Numbered from the stretch's first letter, positions 1 to 7,683 are shown. The stretch: 10,524 nucleotides of DNA from a virus (IMGVR_UViG_2541047695_000006), one strand, 5' to 3'. Translations and numbers: made by a program. Notes: generated by a model not told the origin, from the letters alone.

Positions 1-1242
1 ATGGCACGAAAAACCACCCCACTAACTATTACGGAGATCAAAAACGCACGACCAGGGGAAAAGGAATATACCCTGCAGGATGGCGGAGGATTATTTCTTC
101 TGGTGAAGCCCTCCGGATCAAAAATCTGGCGTTTTACGTACTACCGTCCGGCAGATAAAAAACGGACTATTATCAGCCTTGGATCGCTAAATGATGTTTC
201 CCTGTCTGATGCCAGAGAGCGACGGAATGAATACAGGTCACTCATAGCAAAGGGAACTGACCCACAGGACTACGAACGCCGGAAACGTGAAGCAGAGAGC
301 AGGAAAAAGGGCAACACGTTCGAAAAAGTTGCCTTGGACTGGTACGAGATGAAAAAAGGCCAGAATCTGGCTTACAACACGATTAAGGATATCTGGCGAT
401 CCCTGGAAAAATACGTATTCCCGTACATCGGAAACACGCCAATAGATACCCTCACCGCTCGCCGCTTTGTTGAGATACTCACACCCATTAAAGCACGCGG
501 CAACCTGGAAACTCTGAAACGCGTTTTACAACGCATCAATGAAGTGATGGATTTTGCTGCCAACAGTGGGCTGATTGACATCAACACCGCCGCGAACGTC
601 CGCAAGGCATTCCCTTCCCCCACTAAAAAGCATATGCCAACCATCCGACCGGAACAGCTACCGCAGCTAATGCACGATTTATCGGTCGCCAGCATAGAAC
701 GGCAAACCAGATTGCTAATCGAGTGGCAACTGCTGACCGTAGCACGCCCAGCCGAAGCAGCCGCCGCACGCTGGGAAGAAATAGATCTCGATGCCGAAAC
801 ATGGACGATTCCAGCCGGACGCATGAAGATGCGCCGTGACCATGTGATCCCTCTTTGCGGTCAGGCGATGGCTGTACTGGAAACAATGAAGCCAATCAGC
901 GCACACAGGGAACATGTTTTTCCCAGCCTTAAAAATCCAATGCTGCCAATGAGCAGCCAGACCGCTAACGCTGCATTGCGCCGGATGGGATACGCTGGTG
1001 TGCTGGTGTCTCACGGATTACGCGCCATATTCAGTACAGCAGCGAACGAGGAAGGATTCGAGCCGGACGTAATCGAGGCCGCACTCGCACACGTGGACAC
1101 GAACGAGGTAAGGCGAGCATATAACCGAAGTAACTACCTGGAAAAACGTGTAGTACTTATGCGCTGGTGGGGTGAATTTGTGGAAGCCGCAGCAACCGGA
1201 GTGACCATAGCCAGTGGTAAAAGGGGTATCCGTGCGGTGTAA
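1..1242 (+). CDS. int: Tyrosine recombinase / site-specific integrase, P4-like family
   Basis: 413-aa ORF. N-terminal arm-binding-type domain (LTITEIKNARPGEKEYTLQDGGGLFLLVKPSGSKIWRFTY), C-terminal catalytic region with HGLRAIFST and a Tyr in RRAYNRSNY. The ATG sits exactly at the window start, so the upstream RBS is not visible. Confidence 0.9.
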   Translation: MARKTTPLTITEIKNARPGEKEYTLQDGGGLFLLVKPSGSKIWRFTYYRPADKKRTIISLGSLNDVSLSDARERRNEYRSLIAKGTDPQDYERRKREAESRKKGNTFEKVALDWYEMKKGQNLAYNTIKDIWRSLEKYVFPYIGNTPIDTLTARRFVEILTPIKARGNLETLKRVLQRINEVMDFAANSGLIDINTAANVRKAFPSPTKKHMPTIRPEQLPQLMHDLSVASIERQTRLLIEWQLLTVARPAEAAAARWEEIDLDAETWTIPAGRMKMRRDHVIPLCGQAMAVLETMKPISAHREHVFPSLKNPMLPMSSQTANAALRRMGYAGVLVSHGLRAIFSTAANEEGFEPDVIEAALAHVDTNEVRRAYNRSNYLEKRVVLMRWWGEFVEAAATGVTIASGKRGIRAV

Positions 1243-1412
1243 CTGTACAAAAAACCAGTGCAACCAGTGCAAACCATGCTAAACCATCGTATAATCGCCT
1301 ATCTCCTCAGCAGACAAGGAAAAACCCGACTCATGAGAAATCGAGATTTATTGAAATGGTCTGGCACGAAAAATCATCCAATGTCTGCGGTGAAGGGCTG
1401 CAACTGGCGTTA

Positions 1413-1598
1413 ATGGCAAATCGTGAATTCTGGTCAACATACGATCCGGAAGACAAATCAACAGCCCCCACAAAACACGAGGTAGTCAGTTTTTTACGCT
1501 CGCGTGGCGCATCGAAAAATCTGGCTGAAAGCATCGACAAGGTGCTGAGGCCCACCAGCCTTAAATGTGGTGGGCGACCTAAGAAGTGGAAACGGTAA
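1413..1598 (+). CDS. Hypothetical small protein (alternative start at 1356)
   Basis: ORF in the track (1356..1598). It follows a perfect TATAAT at 1290-1295 and is followed by an intrinsic terminator at 1606-1633. RBS is weak and there is no recognisable domain. Confidence 0.35.
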   Translation: MANREFWSTYDPEDKSTAPTKHEVVSFLRSRGASKNLAESIDKVLRPTSLKCGGRPKKWKR

Positions 1599-1605
1599 TC
1601 ACAAT

Positions 1606-1633
1606 AGCGGCCCCTTGCGGTCGCTATTTTTTT
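1606..1633 (+). terminator. Rho-independent terminator (7-bp stem with one G-U pair, 6-nt loop, T7 tail)
   Basis: AGCGGCC-ccttgc-GGTCGCT followed by ATTTTTTT. Confidence 0.5.
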
Positions 1634-1666
1634 GCAAAAAGAAAGCGTAATCAATGAGATAAAAAA

Positions 1667-1698
1667 CAGTGAGTACCGTTTTAAAACGGTGAGTACTG
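1667..1698 (+). promoter_or_regulatory. Repeat/palindrome element upstream of alpA (candidate operator)
   Basis: Two copies of GTGAGTAC(C/T)G flanking the perfect palindrome ACCGTTTTAAAACGGT, about 70 bp upstream of the alpA start. Confidence 0.35.
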
Positions 1699-1767
1699 TT
1701 TTTCCCGCCCTGCCCTGTTTTACCGTATTTACCACCGGAATACGCCGGATTAACGAGGTAAAACACG

Positions 1768-1974
1768 ATGGAAGTAATCAGAAAAATTCTTACCCGTCAG
1801 GAAGTAAAAAATATTCTGCGCATCAAGGCAGACAGTTCGCTACAGGACATGATCAACGCCGGAAAATTCCCGAAAGGCTTCAAAATCGGTCTGCGCCGTG
1901 TTGGCTGGTATGAAGATGAGGTGCAGGCCTGGTTGAAAGAACGCGAGGAAGAAGCGCGCGGAACGGCTGCGTAA
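1768..1974 (+). CDS. alpA: AlpA-family phage transcriptional regulator (HTH, excisionase-like)
   Basis: 68-aa ORF with the AlpA-type motif LTRQEVKNILRIKADSSLQDMINAGKFPKGFKIGLRRVGWYEDEVQAWL. GAGGT RBS about 9 nt upstream. Confidence 0.85.
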   Translation: MEVIRKILTRQEVKNILRIKADSSLQDMINAGKFPKGFKIGLRRVGWYEDEVQAWLKEREEEARGTAA

Positions 1975-2232
1975 TGGTGTGAGGTGTAACGCAATGAACA
2001 TAACAAAAAGCGCCCCGTTGCCGGAGCGCCCTTGTGAACAATTAACCTGCTGCGAAAAAAATGGATCAGTGCAGGGGAATTATATCAACTGTGTGAAGAA
2101 GCGCCACTATTGCCGGATAACAGGCAAAGAAAAGGCCACCAGTCACGGTAGCCCTGCGACACAAATTTCGCGTTATCCCCAACGCATGAGCATCGCCAAC
2201 AATGCCACATTTGCGGCTGGTGGGCAATGCAA

Positions 2233-2421
2233 TCAGTCTGGTTCAGTTCGTTGCCATACCTGCAATGAGCGCTTTTCCCTGTACTCTTTAAGGAATTGCT
2301 CAAGGGCAAAAGCACATGGCGCGAATCTTTCTGATTCATGCTCTATCTTTCTGCGCCGTCTTTTCCGTGCCGGTGATAATGTTTTGGTCAATTCTTTATC
2401 GGTCATTGTGTTGTCCTGCAT
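2233..2421 (-). CDS. Hypothetical small basic protein, possibly co-transcribed with the RHH gene
   Basis: 62-aa ORF in the track, immediately downstream (minus strand) of the RHH ORF. No domain recognised and RBS is weak. Confidence 0.2.
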   Translation of the reverse strand: MQDNTMTDKELTKTLSPARKRRRRKIEHESERFAPCAFALEQFLKEYREKRSLQVWQRTEPD

Positions 2422-2463
2422 AGCAATGCGCCGTAATACCTTACACCACGGCGCTGATGGTGA

Positions 2464-2643
2464 TTACTCTGGTTCTTTGGCCTTGCGCCGCTGGCGATAT
2501 TCAACTTCTCGTTTTAATGCCGCAGTAACAAATTGCCCCGTACTTTCGCCAGGCATTTTTACCGCCTCAACATTGTTCATAACTTCATGCGGAACCCTTG
2601 CCGCAACGGTTTGTGATTTTGCGTTTACCGCTTTTGTCGCCAT
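2464..2643 (-). CDS. Small ribbon-helix-helix-like DNA-binding protein (59 aa), candidate repressor; not in the ORF track because it is under 60 aa
   Basis: Translated by hand: MATKAVNAKSQTVAARVPHEVMNNVEAVKMPGESTGQFVTAALKREVEYRQRRKAKEPE. GAGGGG RBS 8 nt upstream. Divergent from the rightward operon and directly facing three palindromic operators. Confidence 0.5.
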   Translation of the reverse strand: MATKAVNAKSQTVAARVPHEVMNNVEAVKMPGESTGQFVTAALKREVEYRQRRKAKEPE

Positions 2644-2693
2644 GTGGTGTACCCCTCATAAAAAACAAATGCAGTATGCAGGAAAAAAAATAA

Positions 2694-2745
2694 GTGTTCA
2701 ACACTTGACGTGTTTAACACCTGGGTTTAAATTGGTGTTCAACAC
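2694..2745. promoter_or_regulatory. Divergent promoter/operator region with three 11-bp palindromes GTGTT(C/T)AACAC
   Basis: Palindromes at 2694-2704, 2710-2720 and 2735-2745. A sigma70-like -35 TTGACG (2705-2710) and -10 TTAAAT (2728-2733) with 17-bp spacer point rightward and are interleaved with the palindromes. Confidence 0.5.
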
Positions 2746-2842
2746 CTTGTTGGCGCAAGGTGCAGAAACGACGAAACCCGGCAGTGCGCTAACACTAACC
2801 GGGCTTCTAACCACCAACGATAGCGAAAGTATCGAGGTAGCT

Positions 2843-3049
2843 ATGAGAAATCATACCACACACCCGCAAGGGCGGGACTCGCACAACCTGAATAAATACA
2901 TCTGGCGTTTTATCGCCCTGAGCACGGCACAACCGCGCGTGATTACCATTGAGGCCACCAGCGAACAGGAAGCGCGTCAGCAATCTCCTGATGGCTGCGT
3001 GATGGTATTCGCTGCCCGTATTCGCCAGGGGGAAACCTATGCACAATAA
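2843..3049 (+). CDS. Small protein (68 aa), first gene of the rightward operon; tentatively Icd-like
   Basis: In-frame C-terminal part of the 1979..3049 ORF, preceded by GAGGT RBS. Sequence MRNHTTHPQGRDSHNLNKYIWRFIALSTAQPRVITIEATSEQEARQQ... The family call is from memory and tentative. Confidence 0.55.
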   Translation: MRNHTTHPQGRDSHNLNKYIWRFIALSTAQPRVITIEATSEQEARQQSPDGCVMVFAARIRQGETYAQ

Positions 3050-3275
3050 AACCACACCGGACGCAGCCGCCGAAGCCATCAAAACGCTGATGCACGCGCT
3101 GATTGATATTTCTGTTATCGCAGACAAGGCGCATAAGCGCGCCACCAGCGAAACAGAATATGCCGGGGCTTTCGTTCCTCACTCACTGGCTGTTATGCAA
3201 CTTAGTGCTGATATGGCGCTGAATGAAGCAGGCAAAATTCTTACCGCAGATATTCAAGGGGCGCACCATGCATGA
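3039..3275 (+). CDS. Hypothetical protein (78 aa)
   Basis: ORF in the track. GGGGGA RBS; start overlaps the upstream stop (translational coupling). Confidence 0.5.
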   Translation: MHNKTTPDAAAEAIKTLMHALIDISVIADKAHKRATSETEYAGAFVPHSLAVMQLSADMALNEAGKILTADIQGAHHA

Positions 3276-3495
3276 TGACCGTTATTTTAAATCAATGAGC
3301 CATGCAGAAAACGCACTGACTAACAGTGAATGTTTGAGGCAAATATTTCTTATCTGGCTTGATGGTTTAAGTGATGCGCCGGAAGATGAGCGTGAGTCTA
3401 ATCTTGCTGGTGCGTTTATTTCATTACTCGATACGGTAATCGTCGAATTAAATAAAGCGATCGAAATTCACGATAAAAAAATAAACGCGGAATAA
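3268..3495 (+). CDS. Hypothetical protein (75 aa; track ORF begins at 3223)
   Basis: In-frame ATG at 3268 has an AAGGGG RBS at 7-nt spacing and overlaps the upstream stop. Confidence 0.45.
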   Translation: MHDDRYFKSMSHAENALTNSECLRQIFLIWLDGLSDAPEDERESNLAGAFISLLDTVIVELNKAIEIHDKKINAE

Positions 3496-3500
3496 AAACC

Positions 3501-3788
3501 ATGAAACAGAAAATTTCTGGCTTTACTGCCAGCGGCCCCGCTCGGCCTGAAATCCGCCCCGGCGATATTTTCCGGGATAACTATGGCGGCACGGTAACGA
3601 TAAAAGGCGTGGCAGAACGGCGCATCACTTACCGCCGTGATGGCTACGAATATGACTGCGTGATGCCTGTTTATCAGTTCCGGCGTGATTTCACGCTGGT
3701 GGGCCATCGTAAAGCCGTAAATCAGAAACGTGCAGCAAGTCATATCCGCAAAATTCGTGAAATGCTGGTCGCAGGGGGTAAAAAATGA
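3501..3788 (+). CDS. Hypothetical protein (95 aa)
   Basis: ORF in the track. Its stop overlaps the rep start in an ATGA arrangement. Confidence 0.5.
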   Translation: MKQKISGFTASGPARPEIRPGDIFRDNYGGTVTIKGVAERRITYRRDGYEYDCVMPVYQFRRDFTLVGHRKAVNQKRAASHIRKIREMLVAGGKK

Positions 3789-5191
3789 AACTGGCACCGA
3801 ACGTAAAACTGTTACCGAAAGATAAACACACTGAGGCGGTTATTTTTGCGGGTGATAATGCTCACTCCTTTGCAGAACATTACATGATTGCACAGGCCAA
3901 AAAAGCAGGCGATCCCATCCCTCCGGTTTACCTGGGCCGTTATCAGTTAAGCGAACTGGACAACCTGCAGATTGTTGATGAGGGGCGATACAGGGTAACG
4001 GTGATACGCGCCGGAAATATTGACGAAGCGCAGCTGTTAACCATAGCGACAAAACTGGCGATCGCCGGAGTCCAGGAAGCGCGGCTGCTTTCTGAAAACT
4101 TCGAATTACTGGAGAAATGGACCGACCAGCTTCCACGGCTACGGGAGACATGGGAGAGAGGGGAAAGCCTGATCATGAACGGAGGAAAACAAAAAATCAC
4201 GCTACCGATTTCATGGGGTTCTGAGGGATTCGACGCGCAGCAAAGCTACGTAATTAAGGGGCTTATTCCGGCTGAATCATTATGCAGCACCTACGGGGCC
4301 AGCGGTTCTTATAAATCGTTCCTGGCTATTTCCTGGTCGTGCCATGTTGCCACAGGTATGGCATGGGGAGGCCGCAGGGTAAGTAAGGGCGCGGTTATCT
4401 ATATCGCTGGCGAAGGCAGTATGGGCGTAAAACGCCGCGTTAAGGCGTGGGAGATAACCCACGACAAGGTGGTTACGGATTTGTGCATCGTTAACGCGCC
4501 TGTCTTCCCTGCATCGCCTGACTATGTGGAGCAGGTTATCAGGACCGCCGGATTAGTGCAGGACAGAACGGGCGAAAGGGTGCGGATGATTGTCATTGAC
4601 ACGCTGGCCCGTTGCTTTGGTGGTCATGATGAAAATGACTCCCGCGACATGGGGGCGTTTATCCAGGGGTGTGACGCGATAAAGCAGGCCACGGGGGCCA
4701 CGGTTCTGGTTGTGCATCATTCCGGCAAGGATGAGACGAAAGGGGCGCGGGGTTCCAGTGCATTCCGTGCGGCGCTTGATGCTGAGTTCCGAATCAGTCG
4801 GGAACATTCAGAGGCTACGGCGCTGGTTGCAGCATGTACGAAGATGAAGGACGCGGAGGAGCCAAAAGAAAGCGCCTACGACCTTAAGAGCGTGGAGGTA
4901 TTTACGGATCCTGAGGGTGAAGAAATCGTGTCCATGGTGGTGATTGACGTTCCCCGCGCCCCTGCTGAACTGGAGCGCATAGAGGAGGCCGGGAACAAGA
5001 CGGAAAATCACACGGCTTTATGGGGTTGTATCCGGTCACGTATACAGCATGGTGATAAATGCACGATCCCGCTGCTACGTGATGACATGAAAAAGCTGGG
5101 ATATGACACAAAACACCTTAAACGATGGTTAGCCAAACTGGAAAAAGACGGCGTGATTTGCGTCGATGGGGATGATGTTCACCCACTGTAA
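3785..5191 (+). CDS. Replication initiator / helicase-like protein (RecA/DnaB-like ATPase, PICI pri-rep-like)
   Basis: 468-aa ORF with a P-loop-like GASGSYKS, a Walker-B-like MIVIDTLARCF and VLVVHHSGKDETKGARGSSAF. AGGGGGT RBS. Directly followed by an iteron array. Confidence 0.8.
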   Translation: MKLAPNVKLLPKDKHTEAVIFAGDNAHSFAEHYMIAQAKKAGDPIPPVYLGRYQLSELDNLQIVDEGRYRVTVIRAGNIDEAQLLTIATKLAIAGVQEARLLSENFELLEKWTDQLPRLRETWERGESLIMNGGKQKITLPISWGSEGFDAQQSYVIKGLIPAESLCSTYGASGSYKSFLAISWSCHVATGMAWGGRRVSKGAVIYIAGEGSMGVKRRVKAWEITHDKVVTDLCIVNAPVFPASPDYVEQVIRTAGLVQDRTGERVRMIVIDTLARCFGGHDENDSRDMGAFIQGCDAIKQATGATVLVVHHSGKDETKGARGSSAFRAALDAEFRISREHSEATALVAACTKMKDAEEPKESAYDLKSVEVFTDPEGEEIVSMVVIDVPRAPAELERIEEAGNKTENHTALWGCIRSRIQHGDKCTIPLLRDDMKKLGYDTKHLKRWLAKLEKDGVICVDGDDVHPL

Positions 5192-5390
5192 AAAGTGGGC
5201 GTTAAAAGTGGGAATAGTGGGTAATTTAACTGGAATTTAACAAAATCGCCCACTTTCCCACGTGTATACATCCCAAAAAGTGGGCACTAAAAAAATTCTT
5301 ATGAAACAGTACGATATAAAACCACAAAATCCCAGGTGGGACGAAGTGGGAAACCATGAAAAGTGGGTAGAAAAAGTGGGCACAGGTGGG
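5182..5390. repeat. Iteron array, putative replication origin (consensus about AAAGTGGG)
   Basis: Twelve copies of the GTGGG core: nine forward (5195, 5208, 5217, 5280, 5336, 5346, 5363, 5376, 5386) and three reverse (5182, 5249, 5257). They flank an A/T-rich spacer holding a direct repeat AATTTAAC x2. Confidence 0.7.
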
Positions 5391-5393
5391 CGC

Positions 5394-5645
5394 ATGACCA
5401 GAAAAACCAGAGATAAGACAGCACCAAAATATCGCGCATTAGACATGACAGAGCACGCCTTAAAGGTGGCAATCAGAACGATAGACCGCCACGCCGGAGA
5501 AGGATACGCGAAAGCACATCCCGAACTGATAAGCGCATTCATGACCACGACGGCGGCAAATTTTGCCACGCTGACAGAGCGGGAGATTGCCGAAGCGGAA
5601 CAGGTAACAACAATCAACGTTAAAACCGGAGAGGTGGAATCATGA
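5394..5645 (+). CDS. Hypothetical protein (83 aa; track ORF 5262..5645 probably over-extended into the iterons)
   Basis: In-frame ATG at 5394 with an AGGTGG RBS. Stop overlaps the ssb start (ATGA). Confidence 0.45.
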   Translation: MTRKTRDKTAPKYRALDMTEHALKVAIRTIDRHAGEGYAKAHPELISAFMTTTAANFATLTEREIAEAEQVTTINVKTGEVES

Positions 5646-6064
5646 CAGCACAGATAGCGGCTTACGGGCGGCTGGTGGCTGACCCGCAGTTAAAGACCAC
5701 TAGCAAAGGGACACAAATGGCGATGGCGAGTATGGCGGTTCCCCTGCCGTGCAGCCAGGCAGATGACGGAACGGCGACGATGTGGTTATCTGTCCTGGCG
5801 TTTGGCAGACAGGCCGACGCACTGGCAAAACACCACAAAGGCGAACTCCTGAGCGTGGCGGGTAACATGCAGGTGAGCCAGTGGACAGGCCAGAACGGCA
5901 AAACGCGGCAGGGCTGGCAGGTTATCGCAGATAGTGTAATCAGTGCCAGAACGGCGCGACCGGGCGGCAAAAAAGGTCAACAGGGCCAGGCCACTGACGC
6001 ATTGAACAGGGCAAAACAACAGTCAGGGAATGATGAACCGTACGGCGATAATATACCGTTTTAA
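5642..6064 (+). CDS. ssb: Single-stranded DNA-binding protein (SSB) homologue
   Basis: 140-aa ORF. OB-fold-like segments align by eye with E. coli SSB (LVADPQL; WLSVLAFGRQADALAKHHKGELLSVAGNMQVSQWTGQNGKTRQGWQV), and it has the acidic C-terminal tip ending DNIPF (compare DDDIPF). Confidence 0.75.
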   Translation: MTAQIAAYGRLVADPQLKTTSKGTQMAMASMAVPLPCSQADDGTATMWLSVLAFGRQADALAKHHKGELLSVAGNMQVSQWTGQNGKTRQGWQVIADSVISARTARPGGKKGQQGQATDALNRAKQQSGNDEPYGDNIPF

Positions 6065-6080
6065 ATTCTGCAAACAAAAA

Positions 6081-6109
6081 ATGCCGGAAAAAAATAGATT
6101 TTCCGGCAT
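6081..6109 (-). terminator. Perfect 11-bp-stem hairpin; canonical intrinsic terminator only in minus orientation
   Basis: ATGCCGGAAAA-aaataga-TTTTCCGGCAT. On the minus strand it is followed by TTTTTTGTTTG; on the plus strand no U-tract follows. Confidence 0.4.
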
Positions 6110-6280
6110 GCTACATAAATCCCGACCAAAGGAAGTAAATACATTAACACGAATTATCAGCACTGAAGTTGTCACGGCAGATTTTATACAACATTGCACT
6201 TGGTTGCATGTATTCGCATAGCAGACATCGGTAATAGAATATATTCACAATTATTTGTAATGAATGTAAAGAGGATGAGT

Positions 6281-7321
6281 ATGGTTGATTTATATTCGCC
6301 TACACAGCTTGTGCAGGTGGCTAATGCTGAAGATGTGCAAAAAAAACTAAATGCGTTGTTTACCAGTTTGTTTTTCACTCGCTCGGTAATGTTTGAATCG
6401 AGAGACATTATTCTTGATACGATCGACGATCCAAATATCCCGATCGCGGCGTTTTGCTCTCCTATGGTGGGCAGTAAAGTTTCACGAGATGAGGGATACG
6501 AATCAAAAACAATTCGCCCAGGCTATATGAAACCGAAAAGCAGTATTGATCCAAATAAGTTAGCTGTGCGCCCTGCTGGTGTATCACCTGAACAATACAA
6601 TGCTTTTGGAGCGCGTAATATTAAAGTTAAACAGGCGATTGTAAATCAGGCTAAAGCTATACGTGCACGTATTGAATGGCTTGCTGTTCAGGCAATCACA
6701 ACGGGGAAAAATATCATTGAGGGCGATGGTATTGAACGTTATGAACTGGACTGGAATATAAAACCACAAAATATTATCACGCAGTCTGGCGGTGCTGAGT
6801 GGTCAGGTAAGGATAAAGAAACTTTTGATCCAAATGATGATATTGAGAGCTACGCAGAATTTAGTGAGGGCGTCACTAATATCATCATTATGGGCGGTAA
6901 TGTATGGAAGAAATACCGTTCATTCAGAGCGATAAAAGAGGCTCTGGATACCCGTCGTGGTTCTAATTCCGAACTGGAAACGGCCCTTAAAGACCTTGGT
7001 GATTCGGTGAGTTTTAAAGGGTATATGGGCGATGTTGCGATTGTTGTTTACAGCGGACGTTATACCGACGAGGACGGAACTGAAAAACATTTCCTTGATC
7101 CTGATTTGATGGTGCTTGGCAATACGGCTCTTCAGGGGATTGTCGCCTATGGCGGTATTCAGGATCCGGAGCTAATCCGAATGGGGCTGACTAAAGCCGA
7201 ACTTGCACCGAAAAACTATATTGTGCCTGGTGATCCGGCTATTGAGTACATACAAACGCACTCTGCACCACAGCCAATACCGGCCCGCATCAATCGTTTT
7301 GTTACCGTTCGCATTGGCTAA
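6281..7321 (+). CDS. Major capsid protein, lambda gpE-like family
   Basis: Collinear similarity to lambda gpE, for example NIITQSGGAEWSGKDKETFDPNDDIESYA and DTRRGSNSELETALKDLGDSVSFKGYMGDVAIVVYSGRY. AGAGG RBS at 6-nt spacing. An alternative start at 6275 (MSM...) matches the lambda N-terminus. Confidence 0.9.
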   Translation: MVDLYSPTQLVQVANAEDVQKKLNALFTSLFFTRSVMFESRDIILDTIDDPNIPIAAFCSPMVGSKVSRDEGYESKTIRPGYMKPKSSIDPNKLAVRPAGVSPEQYNAFGARNIKVKQAIVNQAKAIRARIEWLAVQAITTGKNIIEGDGIERYELDWNIKPQNIITQSGGAEWSGKDKETFDPNDDIESYAEFSEGVTNIIIMGGNVWKKYRSFRAIKEALDTRRGSNSELETALKDLGDSVSFKGYMGDVAIVVYSGRYTDEDGTEKHFLDPDLMVLGNTALQGIVAYGGIQDPELIRMGLTKAELAPKNYIVPGDPAIEYIQTHSAPQPIPARINRFVTVRIG

Positions 7322-7330
7322 GGGGGAGCA

Positions 7331-7672
7331 ATGGCTACTCATTACACTGAACTCATGTCTGGTACTGAAGCACTGGTTACTACGCTGGGGATATTTTCAG
7401 CCAATAAAGGGGTAATACCTGCGTTTACGCCACTGATGCAGGAAGATGCAACTGGTGCGCTAGTGGTATGGGATGGAACGAGCGCAGGCAAAGCGGTTTA
7501 TGTTTCCGCTGTACAAATCGACACAGCGAAAAAAACACAGGCACAGGTTTATAAGACAGGTGTTTTAAATGTTGATGCTCTGAACTGGCCTGAGTCTGTA
7601 AGAGAACTGTCGGCAAAGGTTGCCGCGTTTGTTGGCTCAGGTATTTCTGTTCAGCCGCTGGCTCGTGTGTAA
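7331..7672 (+). CDS. Head decoration protein, lambda gpD-like
   Basis: 113-aa ORF with gpD-like motifs PAFTPLM, VVWDGT, YKTGxxxxDALNWPE and AFVGSGISV. GGGGGAG RBS. Confidence 0.8.
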   Translation: MATHYTELMSGTEALVTTLGIFSANKGVIPAFTPLMQEDATGALVVWDGTSAGKAVYVSAVQIDTAKKTQAQVYKTGVLNVDALNWPESVRELSAKVAAFVGSGISVQPLARV

Positions 7673-7683
7673 AGGGGGATACA

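Noticed and set aside
372-1272. Minus-strand ORFs inside the integrase gene (372..824, 623..895, 715..1014, 1018..1272)
   Set aside because: These are shadow ORFs antisense to a well-supported integrase, with unusual composition and no RBS.
2010-2032. Possible terminator after alpA (GCGCCCC...GGAGCGC)
   Set aside because: The stem is imperfect and there is no downstream T-tract, so it is not supportable as an intrinsic terminator.
1979-3049. 356-aa plus-strand ORF, the largest ORF in the track for this region
   Set aside because: Its translation is Cys/Ser-rich and non-protein-like, and it reads through the divergent operator region and across a well-supported minus-strand RHH gene. Only the last 68 codons (2843..3049), which have their own RBS, look like a real gene.
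3840-5111. Minus-strand ORFs inside rep (3840..4151, 3943..4200, 4280..4462, 4553..4807, 4808..5011, 4902..5111)
   Set aside because: They lie antisense within the rep CDS, which has clear ATPase motifs, and are likely spurious.
5182-5390. Possible CRISPR array
   Set aside because: The repeats are 5-8 bp cores with irregular 9-56 bp spacing and mixed orientation, characteristic of iterons and not of CRISPR repeat-spacer units.
5262-5393. N-terminal 44 codons of the 127-aa ORF 5262..5645
   Set aside because: This stretch coincides with the iteron array; the repeated KVG/KWV residues are just translated GTGGG repeats. An in-frame ATG at 5394 with RBS is the more plausible start.
6194-6280. 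N-terminal extension of the capsid ORF (track start 6194)
   Set aside because: The region aligned to lambda gpE begins at MSMVDLY (6275/6281) and the only good RBS serves the ATG at 6281. Upstream codons have no RBS and no homology.
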